A program made the position numbers and the translations under genes. The notes beneath the pieces were generated by a model. It was not told the origin of the DNA. It saw only the letters and a program-made list of their open reading frames with translations, and made no database searches. A DNA stretch of 124,000 bases from Wallemia ichthyophaga EXF-994 (lineage: Eukaryota > Fungi > Basidiomycota), in the NCBI RefSeq assembly GCF_000400465.1, contig NW_008806277.1, forward strand, positions 20,001 to 144,000, given 5' to 3'. Below, piece after piece: positions 120,940 to 124,000 of this stretch. The first letter of the stretch is position 1. The number at the start of each line of letters is the position of its first letter.

Positions 120940-122357
120940 ATGAGCATTATAAGTCTGGATAAATATTTTGAAGCAGCAGTATTACCTCCGCTATCACCCA
121001 GCATAATAGTGCAGTGTCTCGAGCAAGAGAAATGGCTAGTGAGGATCGGCGAGGGGTTATTGAATGCATTTCTGGTAAAATTTCCTTGGTTGGAATAGCG
121101 GGGATTGCGCACTGTCTAATGCACAATTCATAACAGCTAGACTATATCTGCTGCAACCATCCCAATTTGGACGTTGGAGCAGTCTTGATGCACCTCACAG
121201 CACCCGCGCTGCTCGCTTGTCTGCTCGACAGTCTTGGTGTGTCTGAACTCAAATCCGAGGAGCGCAAGAAGAGGGCTTTGTACGCGTGAGTGGGCGAGAG
121301 TGACCTCAGCGTTGTCTCACCGTTCTCATTTTCATTGGGGCTATCTACCGCGAACTAAGCCACGATAAACTCGTCAAGTGGCTGCACGATGTGTATCACC
121401 CGCACATTCAACTCGCTGTGCATGACCCTAAGAGGTGCACCAGCCAGGTTATCTCACTCGACGACAGCGACAGCGAGAGTGGGAGTGATGAGAGCGAGGA
121501 GAACTGGGTGCAGGCTGTAGAGGCTTCTTTCGGCGACCTTTCCATGTGCGATACTGGGGAAACCACCATGTCCTCGCAGGATAACCCCTCCCCACCCACT
121601 AGTAGTACCACGAACACCACTAAAACCTCCCCAAACAACGATTTTGCACTTACAGATCTCGTTTCTACCCTATCGAACATTGTCAACCACTTTGAAAACG
121701 ACATGGAGGATCCCTACAAGAGCGAGCGGTATCATTTCCTCAGAATACTCAGAATAAAGGCGCAGGTGCACAACACAAAGAAGGTTGATCGACCAATGGC
121801 TGAATTAGGCCTAGACGTCGGTCACCATGAGCTGCAGTTCCACGAGGCTATCCAGAGCATGCCCAGCTTCCCCTCACACTACCCACCCCCACTTCCTTGG
121901 CTTTCTGATAAAGGAATCTTTGAGACACTCACACCGCGATGTTTATACCCGAGACAGCAATCCATATTCGACAATGAGAGATTGGAGTTTCTCGGCGACA
122001 CCGTTTTGGAGACCATAGTAGTGAGTTGGTTGGGTTGCTTGTGGATTGAGAGGATTCAGACTAAATTATCATCCCCAGACAGACGCGATATTCGACAAAT
122101 TCCCTAAATACCAGCCATGGGATCTCACCAAACTTAGACGAAAGCTGGTAACCAACAACTTTTTCAGCTTCTTCAGCGATCTTTATGGATTGTTTGATAA
122201 ACTACGCGGTTCTCGCACACTTCATCCCAAGAGAAAGGCTGATGTATTCGAAGCATATATCGGTGCGCTGTACAGGGAGTCCGGACACATTTATACCAAT
122301 AAGTGGCTCGTTGAGTTGCTCGAGCCTTTCATTTTCCAGTTTGCTGAGCAGATATGA
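120940..122357 (+). CDS. Protein with a degenerate plus an intact RNase III domain
   Basis: Domain 2: NERLEFLGDTVL...KADVFEAYIGALY; domain 1: WLVRIGEGLL...KKRALYA|FIGAIY. Confidence 0.75.
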
Positions 122358-122490
122358 GACGGTACATTGTGCAGTGTTTATACCACCAAAATGAGATACC
122401 ACGATACGTTATAAAATTATCAATTCAAACATTCAAACTTTATAAATATATTCTAAAAGTACACATTGTCTGTCTATCCACATAGCTTGG

Positions 122491-123145
122491 CTAGTTGTTT
122501 TGCGACCATTTGTATTCACATTTCGTGCACGTATAAAAAACAGTAGATCTGCGCGTTGTTTTGTTAGTTGATTAAGTTGCTATGCGAGATTTCTCGATAG
122601 CTCGATCGATTGAATCCTAAACTGTGTATACGCACCCTTCGTCAGCCGAGCCTGGAGGAGTATTGTCAGTAAGGGATTTATGGGAGTGGAGGGAGTGTGG
122701 TGATTGTAGCTAGTGCTACACTACCCTCACAAAACTCACGCAGTTGTAAAGTTTGGAACGTAGCCTTGTCGTGTCCGCAGCTTGGACACTTCTCATCAAT
122801 CTAAAGGACTATTGTCAGCTAAATCTGTAGTATTGTGTCATTAGTCACCTCCGCTCCCGTCGCTTTCGCACCGTCTGCAAGCGTATTCACAACGAGCGAC
122901 TTCTTGAGGTGGAGTGCGGAGGGAAATGCGTTTGGATGTGAACGCGTTTCAATGTTCAAGTTTTCGTACGCTGCGTTTTGCAATCTGATTAGCCAGTATT
123001 CGTATACCCACTTAACTCCCAACACACCTGCACCATTCTCTACTAATCCACACTCTTCACAATTTATCTTGTCATCGTCCGCTGGCGGATTGAGAAGACT
123101 CCCACAACGCTCGCAGAATAATAAACTTCCGATCCTGTTGCTCAT
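122491..123145 (-). CDS. RPA12: RNA polymerase I subunit Rpa12
   Basis: SLLFCERCGSLL, EKCPSCG, TLQLR zinc ribbons. Confidence 0.93.
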
Positions 123146-123248
123146 GTCTTCTCTTTTGGTTAGAGTGCAAGATAATCAAGGCATTTGAAATTGAAAATAT
123201 AATAAAATGTGCTTCTATACAATGTGCTATGTCATGAGGTAATTTATT

Positions 123249-124000
123249 TTACACTGATTGTTTTGCTTGATTCGTTTGGTTCGTTTGATTGTTACGAACC
123301 TGCTGGTCTGGCATCTTGAACATGGGGATCGTGCGTGTGTCGCTTGATACTTCTTGAGAAACGTGCTTGGCTTTGCTTCCAATGGCCATCTTGGCAGTGC
123401 CCTTTTCCAGCCCCTGCAGCAAGACACATGCCTTACACAGTTCGTTCGATGATATGTAACCACACCTCTGACACTTCTGTTGCTTAGGCAACGCATCCTG
123501 AACTACTTCTGATATCCGTATGTTCTCAGCAGAGTGAATAATGTCGATAATCGTAGATGGTCGCAGTGCTTCCAGGTCTTTGATATATGTTCTAGCAAAA
123601 CCTCGATACGCTTCTGGAGAATAGATACACTCTGTGGAGAAGTAGTCTAGTTTCTTGAAGTAAGCATACATGACAATTTCCTTCTCGTAAGTGTATTTGA
123701 ATGGTTTTGATCTGTTGATAGTGTCTTCTCCGCGAGTTGTTATCTCAACACACCTCCCCAGTCTGCTCACATCGCCTCTGAGGATGTTCATCAGTACTGT
123801 CTCTGCAACATCGTCCGCGTTGTGACCGGTGACGATGTGGCTGATGTTCAAACTCGATGCACCTCTATCGAGCGCCTGTCTACGGAACACGCCACAGAAA
123901 GTGCAGTTATTCTTCTTGCCTACTGCCTCCACTATACGATCCATAGTCCAGCCATAGAGCTCGTTGTAGCTGAGTATCTTGAGTGGCAATTGATACTGCT
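123249..124000 (-). CDS. NCS6: Cytoplasmic tRNA 2-thiolation protein Ncs6/Ctu1 (5' truncated by window)
   Basis: [35 protein letters not shown]. Confidence 0.96.
   Translation of the reverse strand, partial: QYQLPLKILSYNELYGWTMDRIVEAVGKKNNCTFCGVFRRQALDRGASSLNISHIVTGHNADDVAETVLMNILRGDVSRLGRCVEITTRGEDTINRSKPFKYTYEKEIVMYAYFKKLDYFSTECIYSPEAYRGFARTYIKDLEALRPSTIIDIIHSAENIRISEVVQDALPKQQKCQRCGYISSNELCKACVLLQGLEKGTAKMAIGSKAKHVSQEVSSDTRTIPMFKMPDQQVRNNQTNQTNQAKQSV

Overview
Very gene-dense eukaryotic DNA from a basidiomycete fungus: about 80 genes in 124 kb, introns mostly 40-55 nt with CTAAC/CTCAC branch points, and very short intergenic gaps. The compaction and an acidic class I hydrophobin suggest the halophile/xerophile genus Wallemia (inference). 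Most of the window is housekeeping genes (RAD3, GPD, HEM15, VPS35, SKI3, APC1, FBP1, PRP22, NBS1, SNF1, ATP2, RAC1, CCA1 and others). The main discovery is an apparent circularly permuted tRNA-Arg(ACG) gene at 9693-9768. Its 3' half precedes its 5' half, joined by a 4-nt linker CCAC, with the junction at the canonical 37/38 intron position, an upstream TATA element and a downstream T7 Pol III terminator. I know this architecture only from red/green algae, a nucleomorph and an archaeon, not from fungi. It lies in an apparently exact 4636-bp tandem duplication (9543-14178 / 14179-18814) that also carries RPS12 and a hydrophobin. Other oddities: head-to-head genes with ATGs 2-18 nt apart, a degenerate tandem CMR1 paralogue, a two-domain RNase III with a GT-AT intron, a possible non-AUG mitochondrial CCA1 isoform, a free-standing kexin-prodomain-like protein, and three 5'UTR introns in GPD. 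All calls come from reading the sequence by eye; no databases or programs were run.
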